Notes: generated by a model not told the origin, from the sequence alone. DNA of 64,000 nucleotides from Gemmatimonadota bacterium (GCA_036679645.1 JAZDCY010000011.1:85152-149151), one strand, 5' to 3'. Counted from the stretch's first letter, positions 19,839-29,293 are shown. Program-made: numbers and translations.

Positions 19839-20644
19839 GCATGCGTGCGAATGTTGCGGTGCGCGAGCTGCGGCCGACCCCCGGGATCGGGGTCTCGTTC
19901 CGCCAACAGGCGTGGCTCCTCGGTATGAGTGGCCGCTGGATCCTTCAGATCCTGGGTCTTCTGGCGTTACTGATGCTGATCGGCTTGAGCGACGTCCCCC
20001 GCGAGGCGCCGCGGATCCTCATCACTTCGATGCTCGCAATACTGGGCGGCACGACCTGGGCCGTGATGGTGTGGCACGGAGAGGGGCCGGACCGCCGGTC
20101 GTATCACTGGTCGCTCCCGGTCCCGAGACCGGCCCATGACCTGGCCCGGGTGGCCCTGGGTGCGGCGTACCTGCTCGCCATCTGCGCGGTGCTGGCCGGC
20201 GCCGGCGCGATTGCGGCATCCGCGAACGGCACGTTCGATCGTTTCGCGGCGACCGCGCCGGAGGCGTGGGCGAACTTCTTCGTGGCGCCGCTGATCGTCT
20301 ACCTGTTGGTGACACCCGTGGTGCTCTGGAGCGACTACCCTATCACCCGCTGGGTGTTCGCGATCTACTTAGGTGGGGGGCTGCTTGCCGCGATCCTCAG
20401 CTGGCAGGGGTTCGACCTGCTGGTAGAGGGCCTCGAAAAGATCTTCGATGCAGAGAACTGGGGGCTCGCGGCCGCGCTGTTCGCCGGGATCCAGCATGAG
20501 GTGAGCGCGTCCATGGGGCTGCCCCCCCTCGTCGACCTGTGGTGGACCGGCGCGGTGCTGTGGTTCGGGCTGGGCCTCGCGCTCACGGTATTCACCGCGC
20601 TTTACCGACCGGACGATCTGCGACGATTGGTGCGCCGCGCGTAG
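19835..20644 (+). CDS. ABC-2 type membrane protein
   Basis: About 6 TM helices; SLPVPR loop; coupled to ATPase gene. Confidence 0.7.
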   Translation: MSMRANVAVRELRPTPGIGVSFRQQAWLLGMSGRWILQILGLLALLMLIGLSDVPREAPRILITSMLAILGGTTWAVMVWHGEGPDRRSYHWSLPVPRPAHDLARVALGAAYLLAICAVLAGAGAIAASANGTFDRFAATAPEAWANFFVAPLIVYLLVTPVVLWSDYPITRWVFAIYLGGGLLAAILSWQGFDLLVEGLEKIFDAENWGLAAALFAGIQHEVSASMGLPPLVDLWWTGAVLWFGLGLALTVFTALYRPDDLRRLVRRA

Positions 20645-20703
20645 GCAAGTTCTCCACCAGACCAGGTGCCACGAGTCGTTGAGGGCTCAGCCCCGCTCTG
20701 TCG

Positions 20704-21015
20704 GCGTAGCGACTCGCCCTCCACGAACGGCATCACGTAGTAGAGGAATCCGTCGGCTTCGCCCGAGTCGTACAGGGGTAGGATGTGCGGATGGCTGAGC
20801 TGGGCCGCGATCTCGATCTCGCGAACGAACCGCTCCGAGCCGAGGGCCACAGCCAACTCCTGCCGCAGCACCTTGACGGCCACCTTGCGGCGGTGCTTTA
20901 CGTCCTCCGCCAGGTAGACGGTGGCCATCCCGCCGCGCCCGCTGCCGACCTCACGCTCAATGGCGTAGCGGTCCGCGAGGGCTGTAGTGAGGCGATTCAG
21001 AGGGTCGTCGGCCAC
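20704..21015 (-). pseudogene. Ser/Thr kinase N-lobe stub (~104 codons)
   Basis: ADDPLNRLTTALADRYAIEREVGSGRGGMATV...HPHILPLYDSGEADGFLYYVMPFVEGESLR, ends before HRD. Confidence 0.88.
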
Positions 21016-21079
21016 CGCTTGATACTCCTGCAGCGAGTGGGCCCAAGATGGGTGACCCGGCGCCGCGTCGCTGGCGGGT

Positions 21080-21120
21080 GACTGCCCCGGAATTGTCCCG
21101 GTACGGAGCGTCACTGAGCG
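21080..21120 (+). repeat. 41-bp direct repeat, copy 2
   Basis: Matches 14240-14280; followed by partial tandem GTACGCAGCGTCAC. Confidence 0.85.
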
Positions 21121-21177
21121 GTACGCAGCGTCACATCCTCCCGCCACCTGCACTTGGAAGTGTGGCGGCGTCTGTAA

Positions 21178-21570
21178 CTACTTGAGTCGCACGAGATGAT
21201 CCCGAATCCACCGGGCGACGTCTCCCTCTGACGCCTCGCCCGCAGCAACCGCGCTGACGATGGCGACTACCTCTGGCTCCTCGACGGCGAGGCCGTGGCC
21301 GTTCAAGCCGAGGAAGATCACGGTTGCGAGAAAGGCAATCCGCTTGTTGCCATCCCGAAAGGGATGGTTCTTCGCGAGCCCGTAGAGATAAGCCGATGCA
21401 AGAGAGGCAATGTCTGGTCGCCGCTTGTACGTCCATTTGTGCTGCGGCCGCGCGAGCGCGGACTCGAGGAGACCTTCATCGCGCAGGCCGGCCAGACCGC
21501 CGTGCTCGCGGATCTGGTCGAGATGCACGGCCTCGAGGACAAGGCGCGGCACCCAGCGCGGCTCTCTCAT
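21178..21570 (-). CDS. doc: Death-on-curing (Doc/Fic) toxin
   Basis: GLRDEGLLESALARP, NHPFRDGNKR. Confidence 0.93.
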   Translation of the reverse strand: MREPRWVPRLVLEAVHLDQIREHGGLAGLRDEGLLESALARPQHKWTYKRRPDIASLASAYLYGLAKNHPFRDGNKRIAFLATVIFLGLNGHGLAVEEPEVVAIVSAVAAGEASEGDVARWIRDHLVRLK

Positions 21571-21576
21571 GCGGCA

Positions 21577-21804
21577 CTATTGCGCCAGTTCGCGCAGCGC
21601 GTTCCGATAGCGCTTGGCGGCGTCCGCCGCGACCGCCAGGGCCTCCTGGGTGAGCGGATCGTAGGGCGTCAACAGGATGCCCTCCGCCGTCTCGACGGCG
21701 AGGAGGCTATCACCGGGCTCGAGGCGGAGCCGATCGGCCATGTCTTTGGGGAGGGTGGTACCGACCGAGCCGCCGACCCGTCGCACTTTGACTCGTTTGA
21801 CCAT
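21577..21804 (-). CDS. AbrB/MazE-fold antitoxin
   Basis: KVRRVGGSVGTTLPK...GILLTPYDP...YRNALRELA; upstream palindrome TAAGT-NNN-ACTTA. Confidence 0.88.
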   Translation of the reverse strand: MVKRVKVRRVGGSVGTTLPKDMADRLRLEPGDSLLAVETAEGILLTPYDPLTQEALAVAADAAKRYRNALRELAQ

Positions 21805-21941
21805 GTCAAAAGTATAATATAAGTGCTACTTACAGACAACGACGTCTAGCCACAGCAAACGGCGGGAGCGGATCGAGTCCCTCGGCTGTTCGCGAAAGCA
21901 TAGGCGGGAGTGCCGTTGCTGGTAGCCGGCGCACTGTCGCT

Positions 21942-24900
21942 TCAGCGCCCCCGCGCCAGCTCTTCTAGTGCCAGCCGCGCCGACGTGACCTGATCGCGCA
22001 GTTCCGGGTCGGGATTCGACCAGAGATCGAGGAATTGCCGGTAATACTCGATGGCCGCTTCCGTGTCACCGCGAGCCTCCGCCAGCTCGGCCAAGCGGCG
22101 CAACGCGAACGGCAACTGCACTCGCGCGAAGCCCCATGAACCCGACTCGGAGGTGAGGCTGGCGTGAACAGCCAACTCGAAGTGAGCAACAGCCGAGTCC
22201 GGCTCCGCGAGCTCATCGAACGCCAGCCCGTACATGAGATGAGCGTGCGTTAGCCATCCGTCTAGCACGTAGCCCAGGCCATCTATTTCGCGTAACGCCG
22301 CAACCGCACCGTCCGAATCACGTTGGGCCAACGACCGGGCGGCACGGGCCATTGCCTCAGCATATTGAACCGTCCACGGAGCTGCACCTGACGGCTCCGG
22401 ATACGTCTCCCCGAACCGCTCCAGGAGGTCGGCATGTCCGAGCAGCCCAGCACCGACACCCAGGGTCGTCCGGTAGACCACCCGCTCGAATCCAGTGACG
22501 GAATCAGCCGCAAAGCGGTCGAGCGCGGCCTCGAGTCGCGCGCGCGCCGCCGTCGGCCGCCCCCTCATCTCCTCGGCCAGAGCGACGCCGAGCACCACGT
22601 TCGAATAGTCGAGGTACCGGCGCTGCTCGCCGTAGTACCGTCCCGCAGCCTCCATGCGACCGATGGCTTGGCTCACGCGGCCATGGGTAGCGGAAAGCGA
22701 CCCGCAAAAGCTGCGGGCGTCGGCGAGGCCCGCGGGACTGCCGGCCTCCCCCAGCACCGAGTCACACAGCGCATCCGCTCGATCGTAGTCTCCCGACCCG
22801 ACGGCGTAAGCGCGGGACCAACGTGCGGCTGGATCCGCGAATCCCCGTGCCCTGGCGGCGGCGATGAGGCTGTCGGCTGCAGCCCACCGTCCCAGGTCAA
22901 TGGCCGTGTAGATCGCGTTGCTGTACCTCAATAGGCTATTGGGATCGAGGGTGAGAGCCTTTAGGTAGGTCACATACGCTCGCTCCGTCTCGCCCAGATA
23001 AATGATCGCAACGGCCAAGTTGTTTACCGCACGGGAATCGTCCGGGTACTGGGCAAGGAGGGCATCGTACACGTCGACGGCACGGTGAATCTCGTACCGT
23101 TGATAGTGATAGGTGCCCTCGACATGCATCCGCTCCCGATCCGTCAAGCGATCGCGCCGCTCGTAGGCCCGCTGCGCGTACTCCCTACCCTGGGCGCGGC
23201 GTTCCGAATTGCCAAACGCCACGCCGGCAAGCCGATAAGCCATGGCGAAGCTGGTATCGAGGCGCGTCGCGGCCACGGCGAGTTCTGCCGCCCGGGGGTA
23301 GTCAGCGTCGATCTCCAGAGCTGCCTTCGCCAAGGCGTACCTGCGAAGCGCTTCCATTGATGTTGTGGTCACTTCAGGAAGCGGACGACTCTGCCGAATC
23401 GCAGCGGATGCCTCCCCCAACCGACTTCTCAGCTCGCGCGAAAGCGCCTCCACACCCTCCAGCAAGCGCTCGGCCCGGGCAGCCGTCCGCACCGCGATCA
23501 GCTCCCGGCCGGTACCCGGCTGGATGACGCGAGCGCTGAACACATAGTCATCGCCCAGGCGCGCGACCGCCGGCACGAGCACCGCCGCCATCCCTTCCCG
23601 CTGCGCGATCTCCAACGCGACAGTCTCATCCAGCTTCGTGGTGTCGGGAAGCCCCATTCGCCGCAAGACGGGGACGATCTGGTTGCGGCCCCGGACATTG
23701 ACGTACCGCGATTGCTGGAGATCAACGCTCAAGGCGGTTTGCGCGGCGAGAGCGATCTCTTTTTCGCTCTCCGGGGCAACGAACTCCGCCAAGACGATCC
23801 AAGCTCGCTCCCCGAATGCCTCGCCCGCCGACCCATGGGCCTCCGTCACCCGCGCAGAGCCGCGCACCACGATGAGCGTGCTCATCATGCCCAGGACGGC
23901 GAACGCCAGCGCGCCGCCCATGATCGCCCGCGGCCAGGTCAGCTGCCGGACGATCGGTTTCCCGGTTCGCTCCGGAGCGGGCCGCGGCTGGCGCGCCTCT
24001 TCGCGCACGAACGCGGTGGCCAGTACGACGGGAAAACCGAGCAGCAGCAATATGAGCGCCGCCGCGTAGACCCACTCGGGCAGCAGGTAGCGCGCGACGA
24101 TCTGGTCGGCAACCGCCAGCACAGCCCAGGAGGCGACCACGTAGATGGTGAGAGCGATCATCACGGCGCGTGCGCGGCTGCCGCGGAGCTTCACTGTTGT
24201 TGGGGTCGCTGTAGCCACAACCGCCGCCGACTCGCGCCTCGCCAACGCCTCAGCAAACTGTCCAACCGGGCTGAAGCGGTCCGCCGGCGTCTTCGCGAGC
24301 GCACGCGCCACTGCCGCAACTACGTCGGCGGGCACTGCAGGTCTCAGATTCGTGATCGCGGGGGCCTCAACCGCCACGTGCTGCTGGATGACGCTCTCCA
24401 CCGTCGGGCCCGTGAACGGCGGCTGCCCCGCGAGCATCTCGAAGAACACGCAGCCCAGCGCGTAGAGATCGCTTCTGCCATCGAGGTCACCACTCCCCAC
24501 CGCCTGCTCGGGACTCATGTAGCTCGGCGTCCCGATCGCGAGCCCGGTCTCTGTCAACCGGTCACCACCCGCGGCGCTGATCGCTCGCGCAATGCCAAAG
24601 TCCGCTACGACCGCGTGCCCGCTCTCCAGCAGGATATTCTCCGGCTTGATGTCGCGATGCAGCACGTCGTGGCTGTGTGCGTAGGAAAGCGCGTCCGCGA
24701 CTTCGCGTGCGATCTGCACCGCGTCGTCGATGGGGAGTTGCTTTTCACGATCGAGCCGGTCTCGCAGTGTCTCGCCTTCCACGAACGGCATGACGTAGAA
24801 CAGGAAACCGTCGGCCTCGCCCGAATCGAGCAACGGCAGGATGTGCGGGTGGGTGAGACGGGCGGTGATCTTGATCTCGCGCAGGAATCGTTCGGGGCCG

Positions 24901-25064
24901 AGCGCGTGGGCGAGATCGGGCTTCAGCACCTTGAGCGCGACGTGACGCTCGTGCTTCACGTCTTCGGCCAGGTAGACGGTGGCCATGCCGCCCGCACCGA
25001 GTTCGCGTTCGATCCGGTAACGGTCGGCGAGAGCAGTGGTGAGGCGATCGACGTCGTTGCTCAT
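21942..25064 (-). CDS. Ser/Thr protein kinase with membrane segment and TPR C-terminus
   Basis: HRDIKPEN, DFGIA, GTPSYMSPEQ; about 3 TM helices; TPR region ending YYRQFLDLW. Confidence 0.93.
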   Translation of the reverse strand: MSNDVDRLTTALADRYRIERELGAGGMATVYLAEDVKHERHVALKVLKPDLAHALGPERFLREIKITARLTHPHILPLLDSGEADGFLFYVMPFVEGETLRDRLDREKQLPIDDAVQIAREVADALSYAHSHDVLHRDIKPENILLESGHAVVADFGIARAISAAGGDRLTETGLAIGTPSYMSPEQAVGSGDLDGRSDLYALGCVFFEMLAGQPPFTGPTVESVIQQHVAVEAPAITNLRPAVPADVVAAVARALAKTPADRFSPVGQFAEALARRESAAVVATATPTTVKLRGSRARAVMIALTIYVVASWAVLAVADQIVARYLLPEWVYAAALILLLLGFPVVLATAFVREEARQPRPAPERTGKPIVRQLTWPRAIMGGALAFAVLGMMSTLIVVRGSARVTEAHGSAGEAFGERAWIVLAEFVAPESEKEIALAAQTALSVDLQQSRYVNVRGRNQIVPVLRRMGLPDTTKLDETVALEIAQREGMAAVLVPAVARLGDDYVFSARVIQPGTGRELIAVRTAARAERLLEGVEALSRELRSRLGEASAAIRQSRPLPEVTTTSMEALRRYALAKAALEIDADYPRAAELAVAATRLDTSFAMAYRLAGVAFGNSERRAQGREYAQRAYERRDRLTDRERMHVEGTYHYQRYEIHRAVDVYDALLAQYPDDSRAVNNLAVAIIYLGETERAYVTYLKALTLDPNSLLRYSNAIYTAIDLGRWAAADSLIAAARARGFADPAARWSRAYAVGSGDYDRADALCDSVLGEAGSPAGLADARSFCGSLSATHGRVSQAIGRMEAAGRYYGEQRRYLDYSNVVLGVALAEEMRGRPTAARARLEAALDRFAADSVTGFERVVYRTTLGVGAGLLGHADLLERFGETYPEPSGAAPWTVQYAEAMARAARSLAQRDSDGAVAALREIDGLGYVLDGWLTHAHLMYGLAFDELAEPDSAVAHFELAVHASLTSESGSWGFARVQLPFALRRLAELAEARGDTEAAIEYYRQFLDLWSNPDPELRDQVTSARLALEELARGR

Positions 25065-25065
25065 A

Positions 25066-25105
25066 CCACACGTCGCTTTAGCGACATCAGCCGAGCCGCG
25101 ACTTT
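25066..25105 (-). repeat. Twin-hairpin kinase leader element, copy 3 (truncated)
   Basis: CCACACGTCGCTTTAGCGACATCAGCCGAGCCGCGACTTT; cut in the loop of one hairpin. Confidence 0.88.
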
Positions 25106-25155
25106 CGGTAGCGGTCGGCCAGTGCTGCGGTCAGGCGATTGAGGTCGTCGGCCAT
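25105..25155 (-). pseudogene. Ser/Thr kinase N-terminal stub (17 codons)
   Basis: MADDLNRLTAALADRYR with same upstream leader as 18177 and 21015. Confidence 0.75.
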
Positions 25156-25325
25156 CGCTGCGTATTCCCTGCTGCGAGTGGGCCTAACATGGGCGCCCCG
25201 GCTCCGCGTGGCTAGGCGGGCGACTGTCCCAACGAGCCGCAGCCTTCAGCGTCGGAGCCGCTTCTGGCACACCGGCTGCGCGGATTTGATCACGTCGCCA
25301 GGCCGAGCGTACGTTACGTTGGGAC

Positions 25326-25613
25326 ATGCCCGTGACCGCGAAGCTGTCCCGCGAATTCTACGACCGCTTTGGCGACAAGGTCGTCGACGAGCTGGTGGGG
25401 TTGCTCAACGACATGGACGCAACGTTCCGGGCCGAGTCGCGGGAATTGAACGATCAGAACGTCCGGCGTTTCGAGGCCCGGCTCGAGCAGCACGCGGCAG
25501 AGTTGCGTGTGGAGCTGGCGGCGCTCAAGGCTGAGCTGATCAAGTGGATGTTCCTGTTCTGGCTGGGCACGGTCGCCACCATGCTTGGGATCGGGCAGTT
25601 GCTGATCGGCTAA
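25326..25613 (+). CDS. DUF1640/CCDC90-like coiled-coil protein with C-terminal TM
   Basis: Coiled coil then LKAELIKWMFLFW. Confidence 0.75.
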   Translation: MPVTAKLSREFYDRFGDKVVDELVGLLNDMDATFRAESRELNDQNVRRFEARLEQHAAELRVELAALKAELIKWMFLFWLGTVATMLGIGQLLIG

Positions 25614-25676
25614 CGGATACGGTCAGCAATGAGCGGTGTCGTCTCGTCAGGCATCCTCAACATCGCGAGCAATGGT

Positions 25677-26069
25677 CTACCACCTAGAGACCGCTACGTC
25701 GGTCTGTGAGAAATCGTCACCTACGAAGAGTAGGGGCTCATCGCGGGCCACCGACAGCGCATAGCTGAAGCAGTCTCCGAAATTCAACCCCGCCGGGTGT
25801 CGTCCGCGACCGAACCGCAAAGCTGCGTCGCGGGCGAGGTACGCCTGCTCCTCGCCGACGGGGACCACTTCGGCGCCGATTCCGCGCAGTAGGCGGTCGA
25901 GTTGCGGTTCGCCGGCCTCGCCAAAGCGTCCCAGGAGAACGAGTGCGGCCTCGACCACGGTCGCCGCCGACACGAGTCTGGTCGCGTCGGCTTCAACGGC
26001 CGCCACGAGCCGACCCGCAGTGGGCTCGCGAGTGAGGATCCCTATGAGGGCCGACGTGTCGATGACCAT
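25677..26069 (-). CDS. vapC: VapC PIN-domain toxin
   Basis: MVIDTSAL, FGRGRHPAGLNFGDCFSYAL, LLFVGDDFSQTD. Confidence 0.93.
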   Translation of the reverse strand: MVIDTSALIGILTREPTAGRLVAAVEADATRLVSAATVVEAALVLLGRFGEAGEPQLDRLLRGIGAEVVPVGEEQAYLARDAALRFGRGRHPAGLNFGDCFSYALSVARDEPLLFVGDDFSQTDVAVSRW

Positions 26070-26072
26070 GAG

Positions 26073-26324
26073 TCAGCGCGGGAGACCGTGGTCGTCGTAG
26101 TCGAGGATCTGCTCGGCGGATCGTGCATCCAGCACGGGAAGCCGAGCGAGTCGCTCCTGGACCCGCCGGATTTCGGCTCCGACGCGCCCGCGGGACAGCC
26201 GGGTTTCACGTTCGAGACGCTCGCGTAGTGCCATGCGAATCGCCTCAGTCAGCGATTCGCCGGTGGCTGCGGCGAGCGCTCGGGCGAGGCGGTCCGTCTC
26301 GGGGTCTTTGATGCTTAGTGCCAT
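26073..26324 (-). CDS. vapB: VapB antitoxin (Rv0623-like)
   Basis: [29 protein letters not shown]...[10 protein letters not shown]. Confidence 0.9.
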   Translation of the reverse strand: MALSIKDPETDRLARALAAATGESLTEAIRMALRERLERETRLSRGRVGAEIRRVQERLARLPVLDARSAEQILDYDDHGLPR

Positions 26325-26425
26325 TTCTAGTCTTCTATATGAATATCTATAAATCTAGACTACTTGAGTACGGCGCGCAAGGAGGAGGGAACCAAGGAGG
26401 CAAGAGGGAACGTGTTCTCTCATGA

Positions 26426-26723
26426 GCGGTCACCCGCAGTGAACGGGTCTACCAACCCATCGCGATCTGGTCACCCGACGGCAGCCGGCTGGCGGTCGTG
26501 GACTACGACTACCCGACGGACAGTTACGACTTGCAGCTGGTCACGTGGCCGGGGGGGGGGGGGGGAATGGCGTCAGCTCACGGAGACGCCAGACGCCATC
26601 GAGTTAGGCCCGGTCTGGACGCCGGACGGTACGCAGATTGTCTACACATACCAAACGACAACCGCCCGGATCATCTCCGTTTCGCTGGCGGAGCTGTTGG
26701 CGGAGACTGGAGACGAGGAATAG
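26426..26723 (+). pseudogene. Orphan C-terminal PD40 beta-propeller fragment, frameshifted at G15
   Basis: IWSPDGSRLAVVD...LVTWP / EWRQLTETPDAIELGPVWTPDGTQIVY in two frames either side of 26551-26565. Confidence 0.7.
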
Positions 26724-26735
26724 GCCGGCCGGCGG

Positions 26736-26900
26736 TTACGTCTTGCGGCGATCCTTCTCCTCCCGCCGCTCCTCCTCCCGCCGATCGGCGCCCGACCGCC
26801 GGTCGACGTGCACGTCGTCCGTAGATGTTCTGCGCTCGCCCTCTCGGATGGGTTCCTGACGACGCTCCTTCCCGCCGCGCCGCTCTGGTGTATCGGTCAT
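26736..26900 (-). CDS. Small (E/D)RR-repeat protein, 54 aa
   Basis: MTDTPERRGGKERRQEPIREGERRTSTDDVHVDRRSGADRREEERREEKDRRKT; purine-rich RBS. Confidence 0.65.
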   Translation of the reverse strand: MTDTPERRGGKERRQEPIREGERRTSTDDVHVDRRSGADRREEERREEKDRRKT

Positions 26901-26920
26901 GCCAGCCCTTTCCTTTCTAT

Positions 26921-28600
26921 CTATTCGCGATTCCAGCCCGTCCAGCCGGGGCCGCGCACCACACGGCCCGGCAACGCTCCCGTGTGCTCCTCGTCGCGCA
27001 GGACGATCTCGCCGTTCACTACGACGTGCTGGACGCCCGTCGCCAACTGGTGCGGTTCCGCGAACGTCGCGTGATCCGCGATCGTCGCGGGGTCGAACAC
27101 CACTACGTCCGCAAAGTATCCCGGTTCCAATCGTCCGCGCTGCCGAATCCGTAGGTTCTCGGCGGGCAGCGAAGTGAGACGTCGGATCGCTTCGCCGAGG
27201 GGAGTCACCCCCTCCTCGCGCACGTACCTGCCGAGCAGCCGCGCGAAATTGCCATAGGCCCGGGGATGTGGGTTCGAGCGCAAGAAGACGCCCTCCGGCG
27301 CCGGGGAGCCCGCGTCCGAACCGAAACTCACCCACGGCAACGCTATCTGGCGCCGGATATTCTCCTCAGACATCAGGAAATACACCGTCCCGACTCGACT
27401 GTCATCCTGCACCACGAGATCCATCGCCGTCTCTTCAACGGACGTGCCGCGCATCTCGGACACTTCGGCGAGTGTCTTACCCGTCAGGTACTTGAGTGAA
27501 TCCTGCCTGAAGGCGACGAGCAATACGTTTTCCGGCGTGCCCGCCGCGAGCAGGAGGTTTTCCCACTCGTCGGTAGGTGTCCGCATCTCTCGCGCGATGC
27601 GCGCACGGATGTCCGGGTCGCGTAGCCGCTCCTCCCATGCGTCCTGTCCGCCCTCTTGCACCCACGGTGGCATGGCCGCGTCGAGACCCGTGGCGCCCGC
27701 GGGGTAGTTGTACATGTCCGCTGTAATACGGAGACCGTTGGCGCGCGCCGTTTCTACGCGCTCAATCACCTGCTCCATCTTGGGCCAGTTCTCCCGGCCT
27801 CCGGCCTTGAGGTGGTAGATCTCCGCCGGGACGTTCCCGTCGCGCGCGATGGTAATGAGCTCCTCGACCGCCTCCAGTAGCCGGTTTCCTTCGCTCCGCA
27901 TGTGCGAGATGTACATACCGCCATACTCGGCGGCGACCTTGTTGAGTTCGATCAATTCATCGGTCTCGGCGTAAAAGGCCGGCGCGTAGATGAGCGACGA
28001 TCCGATGCCGAGGGCTCCTTCTTCCATACCCTGGCGCACGAGCGCGCGCATCCCGTCCAACTCGTCGGCTGTCGGGGGCCGATCGTCGTAGCCGATCTCG
28101 TGAATGCGCAGCGTGGTCGCGCCCAGGAACGACGCGATGTTGGGCGAGATGCCCCGCTCCACGAGATGGTCCAGGTACTCGCCCAACGTGGTCCAGGGAA
28201 TGTCGAACGTGATGTCGCCCTGTTGTTCGATTTCCTCGGCCCGCATCGCGTCCGTGAGCGGTCCCATCGACCAGCCCTCTCCAAAGACCTCCAGCGTCAC
28301 GCCCTGGCGAATATCGCTGAGCGAGCGCCCGTCCTCGATCAGGCTCACGGTAGCCCAACTGAGCATGTTGATGAAACCGGGCGAGACGGCGAGCCCCGCC
28401 GCGTCCATCACCACGGCCGCCGACGCGTCGGCAAAATCGCCGATACCCGCAATCGTGTCGCCGCTGATGGCCACGTCGGCCGGATACGGGTCCCCACCGG
28501 ACCCGTCGTACACGGTCCCTCCGCGGATGATGATGTCGTAATCAGGGGTGCATGCCGTGGCTGCGAGAGCCAGGCACAGCGCCCTAGCGCATCGGTGCAT
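26921..28600 (-). CDS. N-acyl-D-amino-acid deacylase family lipoprotein
   Basis: IIRGGTVYDGSG, SPGFINM, SHMRSEG, GSDA, HPRAYGNF, ADVVVFDP. Confidence 0.9.
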   Translation of the reverse strand: MHRCARALCLALAATACTPDYDIIIRGGTVYDGSGGDPYPADVAISGDTIAGIGDFADASAAVVMDAAGLAVSPGFINMLSWATVSLIEDGRSLSDIRQGVTLEVFGEGWSMGPLTDAMRAEEIEQQGDITFDIPWTTLGEYLDHLVERGISPNIASFLGATTLRIHEIGYDDRPPTADELDGMRALVRQGMEEGALGIGSSLIYAPAFYAETDELIELNKVAAEYGGMYISHMRSEGNRLLEAVEELITIARDGNVPAEIYHLKAGGRENWPKMEQVIERVETARANGLRITADMYNYPAGATGLDAAMPPWVQEGGQDAWEERLRDPDIRARIAREMRTPTDEWENLLLAAGTPENVLLVAFRQDSLKYLTGKTLAEVSEMRGTSVEETAMDLVVQDDSRVGTVYFLMSEENIRRQIALPWVSFGSDAGSPAPEGVFLRSNPHPRAYGNFARLLGRYVREEGVTPLGEAIRRLTSLPAENLRIRQRGRLEPGYFADVVVFDPATIADHATFAEPHQLATGVQHVVVNGEIVLRDEEHTGALPGRVVRGPGWTGWNRE

Positions 28601-28755
28601 GTGTTCGGCCTTTGGTGCGGTTGGGTGAGAGACTTACTACTTGCGGAGTAGCATCGCAACACGCCCCGGCGGTTAGTTGCCGGGGGTGTTTCCCATCTCG
28701 TCGCACCAGGGGCAGACGCGGATCTGGCGCAGAGTCGCCACCTGCCCCGTCATCG

Positions 28756-29160
28756 TCATTGGACGGTGATTGTCCCGGTCATGCCCATCGTCTGATGGGG
28801 AGTGCACACGAAGTCGTACGTCCCCTCGACGAAACGGGTATCGACCACGAGGTCATAGGTCTGACCGAGCGTCGTGAGGAACGGACCCATGGCCGCGGTA
28901 CCGAGGTCCGATCCCTCGGGGACGTCCTTGAACTCGACGTTGTGAGGCATCTGCCCGGTCTGCTCGAAGCGAATGGTATCGCCGGGACTCACCATGATTT
29001 CGGCGGGCTCGAACCGGTACTCGGTCGCCGAGACGTCGACCATCTTCACGACGATGGTCTGCGGAGTGGTGGCGCGCTCTGACTGCGCGCTCCCGAGAAG
29101 TGACATTGCCGCCAACGCAATCACTGCTACCGTTGCCGCTATGGCTGCTTTGCGAAGCAT
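28756..29160 (-). CDS. Plastocyanin/azurin family blue-copper protein
   Basis: Signal peptide; HNVEF...CTPHQTMGM type-1 Cu ligands. Confidence 0.9.
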   Translation of the reverse strand: MLRKAAIAATVAVIALAAMSLLGSAQSERATTPQTIVVKMVDVSATEYRFEPAEIMVSPGDTIRFEQTGQMPHNVEFKDVPEGSDLGTAAMGPFLTTLGQTYDLVVDTRFVEGTYDFVCTPHQTMGMTGTITVQ

Positions 29161-29293
29161 CTGTGAGACTTCCTCCGTGATGGTGTTGGATCCGTGCGGG
29201 TCGGGGCGTGCGAGCAGGAGGCTCGATCGCCAATTATGAAGTTTTTCCTTCCCCTAGATATTGCGCACTGCTCTTGTGTGCATTCGCACAAAT

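Noticed and set aside
14955..26324. Integron, CRISPR or diversity-generating retroelement explanation for the repeats
   Set aside because: No intI, cas or reverse transcriptase; no attC GTT/AAC ends or regular spacers; differences between repeats not adenine-specific
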